A stretch of DNA of 64,000 nucleotides, taken from positions 1-64,000 of the forward strand of contig CAWJBB010000068.1 in assembly GCA_963840855.1 (NCBI GenBank), read 5' to 3'. This DNA is from an uncultured delta proteobacterium (GTDB taxonomy: Bacteria > Desulfobacterota > Binatia > UBA9968). How positions within the stretch are numbered: position 1 is the stretch's first letter; each line of letters opens with the position of its first letter. This document shows, one piece after another, positions 9,545 through 19,308 of the stretch. Position numbers and translations under genes: made by a program. The notes under the pieces are model-generated. The model made no database searches. It was not told the origin of the DNA and saw only the letters and a list, made by a program, of their open reading frames with translations.

Positions 9545-10657
9545 CTATTTCTGTTTAACCTGCGCTAGAACTTCGTCGACCAGTTTTCGCAACGCCTCTA
9601 TGTCTTCGTACTGCGGCAGGCTGGACAGGAGATACTTGCCACCCTCCTTGGGGATTTGTTCCTCCTTATTGGGGATCATATCCTTCGGAATATCCGTGCG
9701 AAAGGAGTTTCTGCCTGTTAGTTTCTGCCAAATCAACTGGCCGTCGTGGGACAAAAACCAGTTGAGGTAAACCTTGGTCGCGTTGGGATGGGGATTGTTT
9801 TTGAATGCGATGATGTGACCGGAGCCCGAGGCGATGGTGTCGCCCTCTTTTTCGCTGAAAATCTGCATTACCGGAAGGCCCTGTTTGCGCGCATTCTCGG
9901 TGTTTTCAAACTTTGCCATGACGTGCATCTGATACTTTCCCGAGCCCACCCAGTCCATCATTTGGTGCTCGTTCCCGCCGAAAGTAATTTGCGTCTCGGT
10001 CAGCAGCCGTTTGATGAACTTCGGACCGAGGTCGGGGCTATAGTAGAGGAACCTCCAGCTTCCGATGTTGCCGGCAGTGTCGGGGTCGGTCATGACAAAC
10101 TTGCCCTTATACTTGGGCGCAAGCAGATCCCACCAAGATCGAATCTCTCCAGCCTTGATAAAGTTCGTGTTGATCGCCGCGATGCCCGACCCCGAGTCTC
10201 CTTGGGCCATGAAAACATGCTGGCCTTCGGGATCTGAGTAGAGGTGCTTTTTAGACCACCATTTCGTCTGATCCGTCACTTCAGGAAGAATCATCAACGG
10301 CGGAAGCGGCTGCAGAATTCCGGCCTTGTGATAGATCAGCACCATGCTCCCGCCGCCGCCGATGCCGATGTCGACGAGATGCTTGCCCGCCCGCTTCTCC
10401 GCCATGATCTTTTTGGCCAGGTCGCTTCCCGAACCGCCGACAAAATTAATCTTGATCTTCGGATAGGCGTCCTTGAAAGAAAGAATGGCTTTGCCGACTC
10501 CGGCGCGGGGTTGTCCATAAATCGAAACCTCGCCTTCCTTTTCGGCGGCGGCCACGGTCTTTTCCCAGTCCTGCTTCCAATCGCCCTGGGCGGAGGAGGC
10601 GAGAAATACGTTAAGCAACAGAGTGACCAGCGCACTTGCCATTATTGCAGTTCTCAT
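9545..10657 (-). CDS. extracellular solute-binding protein
   Basis: AGGAGGTG RBS before ATG 10657; signal peptide; WEKTVAAAEKEGEV and PHPNATKVYLNWFLS-x2-GQ. Confidence 0.9.
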   Translation of the reverse strand: MRTAIMASALVTLLLNVFLASSAQGDWKQDWEKTVAAAEKEGEVSIYGQPRAGVGKAILSFKDAYPKIKINFVGGSGSDLAKKIMAEKRAGKHLVDIGIGGGGSMVLIYHKAGILQPLPPLMILPEVTDQTKWWSKKHLYSDPEGQHVFMAQGDSGSGIAAINTNFIKAGEIRSWWDLLAPKYKGKFVMTDPDTAGNIGSWRFLYYSPDLGPKFIKRLLTETQITFGGNEHQMMDWVGSGKYQMHVMAKFENTENARKQGLPVMQIFSEKEGDTIASGSGHIIAFKNNPHPNATKVYLNWFLSHDGQLIWQKLTGRNSFRTDIPKDMIPNKEEQIPKEGGKYLLSSLPQYEDIEALRKLVDEVLAQVKQK

Positions 10658-10803
10658 ATGACACCTCCTGGAAACGCTTCTGGTCAATCTGGCGATTGCT
10701 AGCGCAACCCGGAGTTCCAAAATCAAAGGGCCTCTGGATTCCGTTTCCCGTTTCCACGGGAATGACGGACTCGGAGCCAACAGCGAACTTTGGTTCCAGA
10801 ATA

Positions 10804-11091
10804 CTAGTTTCTGTCTTCGTGCTCCAGCGCGCTCAGCCATTCTTCATGCACGTCCACCCAGATAGAATCTGTGTCGTGGCAGGTTGACAGTTCGCTCAGA
10901 TCAAACCGCACCGCGTAAAGCGGTTTGTGTATGCCACGGTGGTCTCTGATGTTTTCCAGAACACCGTGGACCAAGCCGATAACGCCGCGTTTGCCTCGGA
11001 TGTACTTCGGCGTGCGCGGGTTGCCTTTGGGGTTTTCGGATGCAACCACGACGGGGTCGCCGATTTTGAATTTACTGTCCATTGATTCCAT
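10804..11091 (-). CDS. stand-alone SH3-like subunit (NHase beta C-terminal domain / thiocyanate hydrolase ScnA-like)
   Basis: KFKIGDPV, PRTPKYIRGKRGVI, PLYAVRF, VDVHEEWL. Confidence 0.85.
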   Translation of the reverse strand: MESMDSKFKIGDPVVVASENPKGNPRTPKYIRGKRGVIGLVHGVLENIRDHRGIHKPLYAVRFDLSELSTCHDTDSIWVDVHEEWLSALEHEDRN

Positions 11092-11117
11092 GACTCTAAT
11101 AAACGAAGCCACTTCGC

Positions 11118-11203
11118 GGGCGGGGTTTTAACCCCGCCCTTGACCAAAGGGATGCTCGCCCCCTTTGGAAACCCCATAATTTTGTTGCCGCCTCAAGAGG
11201 CGG
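11118..11203. repeat. cluster of three perfect short inverted repeats
   Basis: GGGCGGGGTT/AACCCCGCCC, CCAAAGGG/CCCTTTGG, CCGCCTC/GAGGCGG. Confidence 0.7.
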
Positions 11204-11216
11204 GGTATACATGGAG

Positions 11217-12290
11217 TCAATCCGGCCGCACTCTCGGCATTTCGGGCGTCGCTCCCGACTTTTCCACTTCACTCAACTGCCGAGGTTCCAGAGCGTAGCC
11301 GGCGCCAATCAAACTATCGGCGGTGACGAGCTTCGCCAACTCTTCCTCCGACATGCCCTCGGTACCGGCGGGCCGTTGCGGCAGTACGAAGTAACGCACG
11401 TCCGAGGTGCTGTCGTAAACCTGGACCTCTTTGTTCACGGGAACTTTCAAGTCAAACATCTCTTCCAGGGTCGCCCGGGGATTCTGGACAATCTTGGTTC
11501 GGTAGCTCTCGTGCTTGTACCACCATGGTGTGTCACCGAGAATGTCGTAGGGATAACAAGAGCAAAGTGTGCAAACGACGACGTTATGAACCTTGTCGCT
11601 ATTCTCCACAACGACTAACTTGCCGACTTTCCCCTGGTGCACGCCCATTTCTCGAAGCGCCTCGCGGCCGGTGGATAACAGCTCCTGCTTGAACGCTGGA
11701 TTGGTCCACGCCTTGGCAACGATCGTGCCGCCGGCCCAGGGACGCTCTTCATGGAGCTGCTTCCAACGCTGCTCCAACTCCGCGCGATTCGACCAACCGC
11801 GTTTGATCAGCGCTTGAACGAATACTTCGAGCAACTCCTGGTAGTCTTTTAAGTCCTGTTCCAGGTTCACCATGCGTTCTTGAAGGGTGCCGTGGTGTTC
11901 CTTCTTTTTGATTTTGAAAAAGTCGTCATAGTCACCGCGCTCCTTGCGATTGTCTTCGGTCACCATGTCCATGGATTCGACGGCGCGCGCCGAGACCAGG
12001 GCGATGCCTTTCACGTACTCATCGAGCCACTCTTCCAGGTAGCGCACGCGGGCTTCGATATTCTTTCCCTGGGGTTTCTTGATGTTGAAAAACTGAGTTT
12101 TCTTTTTGAGCGCCGTTCGGGCCTTGAGCAGATCATAGAACGTCACAACGCCGCGCCGCAGTAAATAGATAATGCGCGGCTCGAATCGTTTTGCTCGGTA
12201 GTATTCCAGGTCTTCTTCGACAGCCTTGATGTGCGCTTCATAATCGTGCATGTGACCTTCAAATGGCTTGTGCTTGTGATTTCCCGGCAT
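11217..12290 (-). CDS. Co-type nitrile hydratase alpha / thiocyanate hydrolase gamma-like subunit with long N-terminal extension
   Basis: VAKAWTNPAFK, HNVVVCTLCSCYP, PWWYKHESYR, DSTSDVRYFVLPQRPAGTEG; GGAGG RBS. Confidence 0.92.
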   Translation of the reverse strand: MPGNHKHKPFEGHMHDYEAHIKAVEEDLEYYRAKRFEPRIIYLLRRGVVTFYDLLKARTALKKKTQFFNIKKPQGKNIEARVRYLEEWLDEYVKGIALVSARAVESMDMVTEDNRKERGDYDDFFKIKKKEHHGTLQERMVNLEQDLKDYQELLEVFVQALIKRGWSNRAELEQRWKQLHEERPWAGGTIVAKAWTNPAFKQELLSTGREALREMGVHQGKVGKLVVVENSDKVHNVVVCTLCSCYPYDILGDTPWWYKHESYRTKIVQNPRATLEEMFDLKVPVNKEVQVYDSTSDVRYFVLPQRPAGTEGMSEEELAKLVTADSLIGAGYALEPRQLSEVEKSGATPEMPRVRPD

Positions 12291-12325
12291 GGAACCTCCG
12301 ACAAGAACCCGCGCCCAGGCGCCGC

Positions 12326-14041
12326 TCAGTGAGTGTTAAAAACTTCCCGGTATTGATCGAGCTTTGCTTCGACGGCCTTGACCTCATCCGGCGTTGGCTT
12401 CGCCGGATCAACCGCCGGCGGCAGGGCACCGAATTTCATCAAGCAAGCCATGAGCAGCAACCGCGCTTTTGTGGAAGTGAGATTGCTCCCTGCGATCGAT
12501 AGCGGATTACGGGCCTGCTCCACGAACCCGGCGGCATTGCCCCTGCCGACTTTCACGAAGGGCATGCCGCAAAACGTCGCGCGCTTCAGAGCCGCGTCGA
12601 CAGAATTGCTCATCGCGCCGAAGGGGGCAGAGCCTTCGGCGACGAAACCGGCCAGCGGCGCCTGGCGCAGATTGTTTTCAATGCGCGCGAGGATATCGAT
12701 TTCCGCCGCCGCGTCGCCGGAGTGATCCTCGGGCAGATAACGCGCATGCTTGACGATCGTGACCTTTGGAATCGCGGCCGGAAGCAAATTACCGTCAGCA
12801 TCTTTGATCGGCACCACTACGGTTCCGATCCTTGAACCTTGAACCCTTGAACCTTGAACTTCGTTGGGCAACTGCGTGAGATTTACCGCTGAATTGTAGG
12901 TATGCCGCTTGATCGTCTTGAACGTGAACTGCGGCGGGCCGGGATGGCCGATGCGTCCAATGATGCCGCCGTGCCCACCGGTAGCGATATAACCGCCGGG
13001 CCGCGCGTCGGCTTTTTGCACGTCGCGGGCGGTAAAAATCTGTTCATCGAGGATGGCGACTGCACCGATCGAGTCGCGCCCGCTTTCGTCGGCCCAAATT
13101 CGCGACGTGATGTAATCCACGGAATCGACGATATTCCGGTCGCCGTCATTGCCCACAGCGCCGTGGGGTCGTTGAGATGAATTACCAACAATGGGCACGA
13201 TAGTATCGATAAGCAAGTTGAGCCAATAGCTGGTTTCTTCGACAAACGGACTGCCTTCGAGCCAAATCGCCCCGGCATACTGACCGTCACGCAGAGCTTG
13301 CTGCACGACGTTGGTCAACTTCGCCAGCGTCGCCATCGGCGGCTCCTTGCGCAAATGATTGGGCCGGTAAGGAAAAAAATCCCTGCCGTGAACTTCCGGC
13401 GCGATGTCGCCTCGCCCCACGTCCGTGCGCAGCGCTGCGGCGAGCCCTTTTACATACCCGCCGGACGGCGCGGCCCGATAGAAATCAAAATCAGCTTTTG
13501 AAGACAACGAGCAGCCCACGCCGCTGTCGGCAATTCCCAACCGGTCGATTTCTTCGAAGAGACGCGAGCCGTCCGGGAAAAACGGTACACGAGTGCGCTC
13601 AGACGGCGCGCCTTTTTCAGTGGCGTCTTCCTCCCACGCCTCGCCGGCGGCCTGCCGCGCCATGTAAGGCAACGGATAGAGACCGTCTTCGGGCTTCAGT
13701 GTTACTTCGTAGACAGGTCTGTCAGTGGGACTTGTCCGCTCCTTGTGAAAAACCCCGGCGGCGTCGAGATAACCGTCGGGCGGCGCATAAAGCTCGGCGG
13801 CGTCGCGTTCAAGCGGATGAGCGCTAAATTGCTCGACATAGACGGTCACCGGCGCGGCCAGGCGCTGGGGGCGCAAAACGTCGAAACGCATTGGCGTGCC
13901 GTCCGCATTCATGCGCAAGGACAGGCCGTACTTCTCGCGCGCTTTGTTGCTGGTAACGAGCGGTTCACTGTTTTGAATTGTGGCCGTCGGACCGGAGAAA
14001 ACCGCGATGCGGGGTTTACCGTGAGTTACTGCATTTGCCAC
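12326..14041 (-). CDS. asparaginase-fold protein, atypical active-site motifs
   Basis: SGPTATIQ, EGSPFVEETSYWL, SSQRP, DGDRN, ARDVQK, NLTSTKARLLL; GTG start with GGAG RBS. Confidence 0.8.
   Translation of the reverse strand: MANAVTHGKPRIAVFSGPTATIQNSEPLVTSNKAREKYGLSLRMNADGTPMRFDVLRPQRLAAPVTVYVEQFSAHPLERDAAELYAPPDGYLDAAGVFHKERTSPTDRPVYEVTLKPEDGLYPLPYMARQAAGEAWEEDATEKGAPSERTRVPFFPDGSRLFEEIDRLGIADSGVGCSLSSKADFDFYRAAPSGGYVKGLAAALRTDVGRGDIAPEVHGRDFFPYRPNHLRKEPPMATLAKLTNVVQQALRDGQYAGAIWLEGSPFVEETSYWLNLLIDTIVPIVGNSSQRPHGAVGNDGDRNIVDSVDYITSRIWADESGRDSIGAVAILDEQIFTARDVQKADARPGGYIATGGHGGIIGRIGHPGPPQFTFKTIKRHTYNSAVNLTQLPNEVQGSRVQGSRIGTVVVPIKDADGNLLPAAIPKVTIVKHARYLPEDHSGDAAAEIDILARIENNLRQAPLAGFVAEGSAPFGAMSNSVDAALKRATFCGMPFVKVGRGNAAGFVEQARNPLSIAGSNLTSTKARLLLMACLMKFGALPPAVDPAKPTPDEVKAVEAKLDQYREVFNTH
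12830..12859. repeat. perfect 15-bp tandem duplication inside a CDS (VQGSR x2)
   Basis: CCTTGAACCTTGAAC x2. Confidence 0.85.
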
Positions 14042-14174
14042 AAAAATCTCCAAGAGCGAGGATTATTTTGTCGTAGCGACGCAGCGTCCGCTAACGGACG
14101 GCATCACCCGCGGATGATGCCGCGCCCTGCGTCGCGCCAACGGGAAACCGAACGACGTTCGGCGTCCAAAGCAA

Positions 14175-14744
14175 TTATTTCAGCTCGTGGGGGAGCTGCG
14201 TAGGCCCGTAACCCTGCCAGTACTTGTTGGTCGCGGGATCGTAGCGGCCCTGCAAAAATCCGCCGGCCTTTTCCGCGCGAACGATGATCGCCACCGTGCG
14301 CTCATCGCCGCTTTCTTCGGCGTGAATTTCATAAGGCGGCACCAAATCGATCATTCCGGCGCCGACTTTGACGTTAACCGTCTTACGGATTTCGGCATAG
14401 TCGGGTTTGGACCGATCGTCCACGCGCTCATAGCGTTCAATGTTCTCATTGCCGTCGAGCACCCCGTAAAGAGTCCAATTGTGCGCGTGGTCATGAATCG
14501 CCGTGCGTGTGTGAGGCGCCTTGATCAGGCCGTTGATAACAAACTTGTAGTCCGGATCCTCATAGAAGAGTAAGTTCTCGGCGCGCTCACCGCCCTGGGA
14601 GCAATCCGGCCAGCTTCTCGATTGCTCTTGCACCGACGGATCGGTCAATAACTCCTGAAGGTGCGGCGTCATTTTCTCCCAGCGTTTCGCTGCGTCTTTC
14701 TCTTCGGCGTGAAGGCTGCGGGCGGACGCGATAAATTTTTGCAC
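14175..14744 (-). CDS. cysteine/thiol dioxygenase-like cupin
   Basis: TAIHDH-x3-W-x2-YGVLDG-x-E, ERY, EIHAE (3-His site). Confidence 0.75.
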   Translation of the reverse strand: MQKFIASARSLHAEEKDAAKRWEKMTPHLQELLTDPSVQEQSRSWPDCSQGGERAENLLFYEDPDYKFVINGLIKAPHTRTAIHDHAHNWTLYGVLDGNENIERYERVDDRSKPDYAEIRKTVNVKVGAGMIDLVPPYEIHAEESGDERTVAIIVRAEKAGGFLQGRYDPATNKYWQGYGPTQLPHELK

Positions 14745-14852
14745 GGCGCTCTAACCGCTCATAAATCATCTCCTGTATGGGGGATTGAGATTAGCTACCC
14801 GCCTTTATCTAATCCCGCCCGCGGGCTGCGTCAAGTGCGCACTGTGTGCGCA

Positions 14853-14986
14853 GTTCAAAGTTCAACGGCTTCGCCTGTTCAACGTTCAAAGTTTAACGTT
14901 CAACGTTTTCCCGCCCACCTTCAAACCCTCGAACGTGAACCGTTGAAGCGCGCCGAAAGCGCCACGTTGAACTTGAACCTTGAACC
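14853..14986. repeat. inverted array of GTTCAA(A/C) / TTGAAC heptamer repeats
   Basis: About 6 GTTCAA-type units on the left and several TTGAAC units on the right, downstream of ahcY. Confidence 0.8.
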
Positions 14987-14998
14987 TGGACGTTCGCA

Positions 14999-16279
<1,281 letters not shown>

Positions 16280-16293
16280 TCATCGAGTCATAA

Positions 16294-17472
16294 CTATACT
16301 TTGCCCGCCGCTTTTTTGAGTTCCGCCGCACGGTCGGTCTTTTCCCAGGTAAACTGCCCCTCCACCGGCGTGCGGCCAAAATGGCCGTACGCTGCCGTAG
16401 CACGATAAATGGGACGTTTGAGATCGAGTGTTTGAATAATGCCTTTGGGGCTCAGATCGAAGTGATCTTGGACGATTTTGGCGATCTGCGCTTCGGGAAT
16501 CGCCGCGGTACCAAAGGTTTCGACAAGCACGGAGACCGGTTGCGCGACGCCGATGACGTAGGCAAGCTGCACCTCGCAGCGCTGAGCCAATTCCGCGGCG
16601 ACGATATTTTTCGCCACGTAGCGCGCCATGTAAGCCGCGCTCCGGTCAACCTTCGACGGGTCTTTCCCGGAGAAAGCGCCGCCGCCATGTCGTCCCATGC
16701 CGCCGTATGTGTCGACAATGATCTTTCGTCCCGTGAGACCGCAGTCGCCTTGAGGTCCGCCGACCACGAAGCGACCGGTGGGATTGACATGATAAATGGT
16801 ATCTTGGTCGAGATATTCGGCCGGGATAACGGCTTTGATCACGCCGTCGATAATGGTTTCTCTCAACTTCCGATACTCGACTTCGGGGCTGTGCTGCGTC
16901 GAGATCACGACGTTTCTAACCTTCACTGGTTTCCCGTCTCGGTATTCCACCGTGACCTGGGATTTGCTGTCGGGTCTGAGAAAGTACGCCTCGCCGCCCT
17001 TGCGAATCTTGGCCAAGTATCTGACCAGGCTGTGCGCCATCTGGATCGGAAGCGGCATGAGCTCGGGCGTTTCATCGCAGGCATAACCGAACATCATGCC
17101 CTGGTCGCCGGCACCCTGTTCCTTGTGCAGGCCCTCGCCTTCGGTGACGCCCTGCGAAATATCCGGTGACTGCTGCTCGACCGCGGTCAAGATCGCACAC
17201 GTGTTACCGTCGAACCCCATCGCAGAATCGGTATAGCCGATCTCGCGCACCACTTCGCGCACGATATCAACATAGCCGACCTTCGCGTTGCTGGTGATTT
17301 CCCCGGCGACAACGATCATTCCGGTTTTAGCCAGGCTCTCGCATGCGACGCGGCTATCGGGGTCTCCCGCTAGATGAGCGTCCAGGATCGCGTCCGAGAC
17401 TTGATCGCAGAGTTTGTCGGGATGGCCTTCGGAAACGGATTCAGACGTAAATAAGAAATCTTTCCCTGCCAT
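16294..17472 (-). CDS. metK: S-adenosylmethionine synthetase
   Basis: [34 protein letters not shown]. Confidence 0.98.
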   Translation of the reverse strand: MAGKDFLFTSESVSEGHPDKLCDQVSDAILDAHLAGDPDSRVACESLAKTGMIVVAGEITSNAKVGYVDIVREVVREIGYTDSAMGFDGNTCAILTAVEQQSPDISQGVTEGEGLHKEQGAGDQGMMFGYACDETPELMPLPIQMAHSLVRYLAKIRKGGEAYFLRPDSKSQVTVEYRDGKPVKVRNVVISTQHSPEVEYRKLRETIIDGVIKAVIPAEYLDQDTIYHVNPTGRFVVGGPQGDCGLTGRKIIVDTYGGMGRHGGGAFSGKDPSKVDRSAAYMARYVAKNIVAAELAQRCEVQLAYVIGVAQPVSVLVETFGTAAIPEAQIAKIVQDHFDLSPKGIIQTLDLKRPIYRATAAYGHFGRTPVEGQFTWEKTDRAAELKKAAGKV

Positions 17473-17548
17473 TGAGCCTACCTCCAGGGTCACATTCGCC
17501 GAAAAATTAGTCTGTTTTGTATAGCGGATACGAGTAGGTGAATCAACC

Positions 17549-17824
17549 TTACTCGTTCTCGTTGAACCGGCTGTCGAGGAGCTTTTCGATGGCTCGTAGC
17601 GCCTTGTCGGCGTCCTCGCCGGTCACTTCGACCTGGATTTTGCTGCCCTGGGGCGCTCCAAGGGTCAGCATGCCCATGATGCTGCGGCCATCCGCGGTCT
17701 GGCCGTCATTGGTGACGGTCACCTGTGACGAAAATTTATTGACCGTTTGCACGAACAAAGCCGCGGCCCTGGCGTGTAGACCAAGCTTGTTCTGGATCTC
17801 CAGTTTTTTTGTGACTTTGCCCAT
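17549..17824 (-). CDS. ptsH: HPr family phosphocarrier
   Basis: [14 protein letters not shown]. Confidence 0.95.
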   Translation of the reverse strand: MGKVTKKLEIQNKLGLHARAAALFVQTVNKFSSQVTVTNDGQTADGRSIMGMLTLGAPQGSKIQVEVTGEDADKALRAIEKLLDSRFNENE

Positions 17825-17828
17825 GCGG

Positions 17829-18695
17829 TCACTTGTCGATGTCGCGGTGCTTGACGTGTATGCGCAATTGCCCCCGGCTCAGCCGCTGCCGTAGATTCTC
17901 CACCAACACCACGGAACGGTGCCTTCCGCCGGTGCACCCAAGCGCCAGGGTGAGGCTGCTTTTGCCCTCCCTCTCGTAGAGCGGCAAGGTAAATTCGAGA
18001 AGGGAATACAGACGGTCGAGAAACGCGCGCGTGTCATCGTTTTGCTGAACGTAGTCTCTAACTTCTGAGTCCAGGCCGGTTTTCTCGCGCAGCTCGTTGA
18101 CGAAGTAAGGATTGGGCAGAAAGCGAACGTCCAAGATGATGTCCGTGTCGTGCGGAATGCCGTACTTATAGCCAAAGGACGTCAAAAAAACCGCCATGTG
18201 CCGCGAGAACGGCGCCTGGCAGAACTGTTGCTCGATTTCCTGCTTCAACTGGTGCACGGTGAAATCGCTGGTGTCGATAATTTTGTCCGCCAGAGCGCGC
18301 ATCGCTTCCAGCGCCTTACGTTCACGGGAAATGCCGTCTTGAATCGATTCATTCCCCGCCAGCGGATGGGGCCGCCTAGTTTCGCTGAAGCGTCTGAGCA
18401 GCACATCATCGGAAGCGTCGAAAAATAAGACCTGGATATGGTGGCCCGCGGTGCGCATTTGCGCCAGAACATTTGGCCAAGATTGGAGAAACTGTTCACC
18501 GCGCAAGTCCACTCCCAGCGCGATGCGGGCGACTCCTTCGCGGTGGTCTTGGCAGAGGTCGATAAATTTCGGAATCAGGAGAGCGGGCAGATTATCAACG
18601 CAGAAAAAACCATTATCTTCGAAGGCGCGGATGGCAAGACTTTTCCCCGAGCCGGAGAGCCCCGTGACGATGACGATATCCAGAGATTCCGCCAT
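17829..18695 (-). CDS. rapZ: RNase adapter RapZ
   Basis: TGLSGSGKS, VDNLP, ETRRPHP, DVRFLPNP, GCTGGRHRSV. Confidence 0.96.
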   Translation of the reverse strand: MAESLDIVIVTGLSGSGKSLAIRAFEDNGFFCVDNLPALLIPKFIDLCQDHREGVARIALGVDLRGEQFLQSWPNVLAQMRTAGHHIQVLFFDASDDVLLRRFSETRRPHPLAGNESIQDGISRERKALEAMRALADKIIDTSDFTVHQLKQEIEQQFCQAPFSRHMAVFLTSFGYKYGIPHDTDIILDVRFLPNPYFVNELREKTGLDSEVRDYVQQNDDTRAFLDRLYSLLEFTLPLYEREGKSSLTLALGCTGGRHRSVVLVENLRQRLSRGQLRIHVKHRDIDK

Positions 18696-18701
18696 AGACA
18701 G

Positions 18702-19163
18702 TTAGAACTTCTGGTCCTCCGCGGTGATGATGTCAAAGAGCTCTTTGCCGGATGTTCCTTTCAGCAGCCGATCGCGGAAAGCCGAATCCTTTAAGAGGCG
18801 GGAAATACGCGCCATCGCCTTGAGATGATCCGCAGCACCGTCCTCAGGGGCAATCAAGGCAAAAAACAAATGCGTAGGCGCACCGTCGAGAGAGGCGAAA
18901 TCAACGCCCGCCGTGCTGCGCGCGAAGACGGCGTGCACCCGGTCAATGTCGGCAAGCTTACCGTGGGGAATGGCCACACCCTCGCCGATGGCCGTGGTGC
19001 TAATTTTCTCCCGCTCCAGCAGGACTTGCAGCACGCGATCGCCCGCCGGCGCGCCGTCGGCCGCCGCGAACTTTTCCGCCAACTCATTGAGGACGGCTTG
19101 TTTGTCGCTTCCCGCGAGATCGGGGATGATGCCCTCGGCGGTCAAAAAATCGACAATTTTCAC
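18702..19163 (-). CDS. ptsN: PTS IIA (Ntr-type)
   Basis: LEREKISTTAIGEGVAIPH; position in the rpoN operon. Confidence 0.92.
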   Translation of the reverse strand: MKIVDFLTAEGIIPDLAGSDKQAVLNELAEKFAAADGAPAGDRVLQVLLEREKISTTAIGEGVAIPHGKLADIDRVHAVFARSTAGVDFASLDGAPTHLFFALIAPEDGAADHLKAMARISRLLKDSAFRDRLLKGTSGKELFDIITAEDQKF

Positions 19164-19195
19164 TGTTTGTGCTTTCTTAGGTTGAGTTGGCTCTT

Positions 19196-19285
19196 TTATT
19201 TTTGTTTCTTGACCAACCGTTCCATCTTATCCACCGCCAACTCGATACTCGCATAAAGATCGTCATGAACGTTCACGTCGCTCAT
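19196..19285 (-). pseudogene. hpf: internally deleted ribosome hibernation promoting factor (29 codons)
   Basis: MSDVNV joined to HDDLYASIELAVDKMERLVKKQK*, at the canonical hpf position between rpoN and ptsN. Confidence 0.8.
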
Positions 19286-19308
19286 CGGTTCTTCTCTCTA
19301 TCAAAGAG

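Noticed and set aside
16381-17169. Long antisense ORFs (also 26369-27187, 32498-33241, 53541-54452 and many shorter ones)
   Set aside because: Shadow frames of well-supported genes in GC-rich DNA; no motifs.
17473-17548. SAM/SAH riboswitch ahead of metK-ahcY
   Set aside because: The gap is only ~75 bp and I see no recognisable aptamer core.
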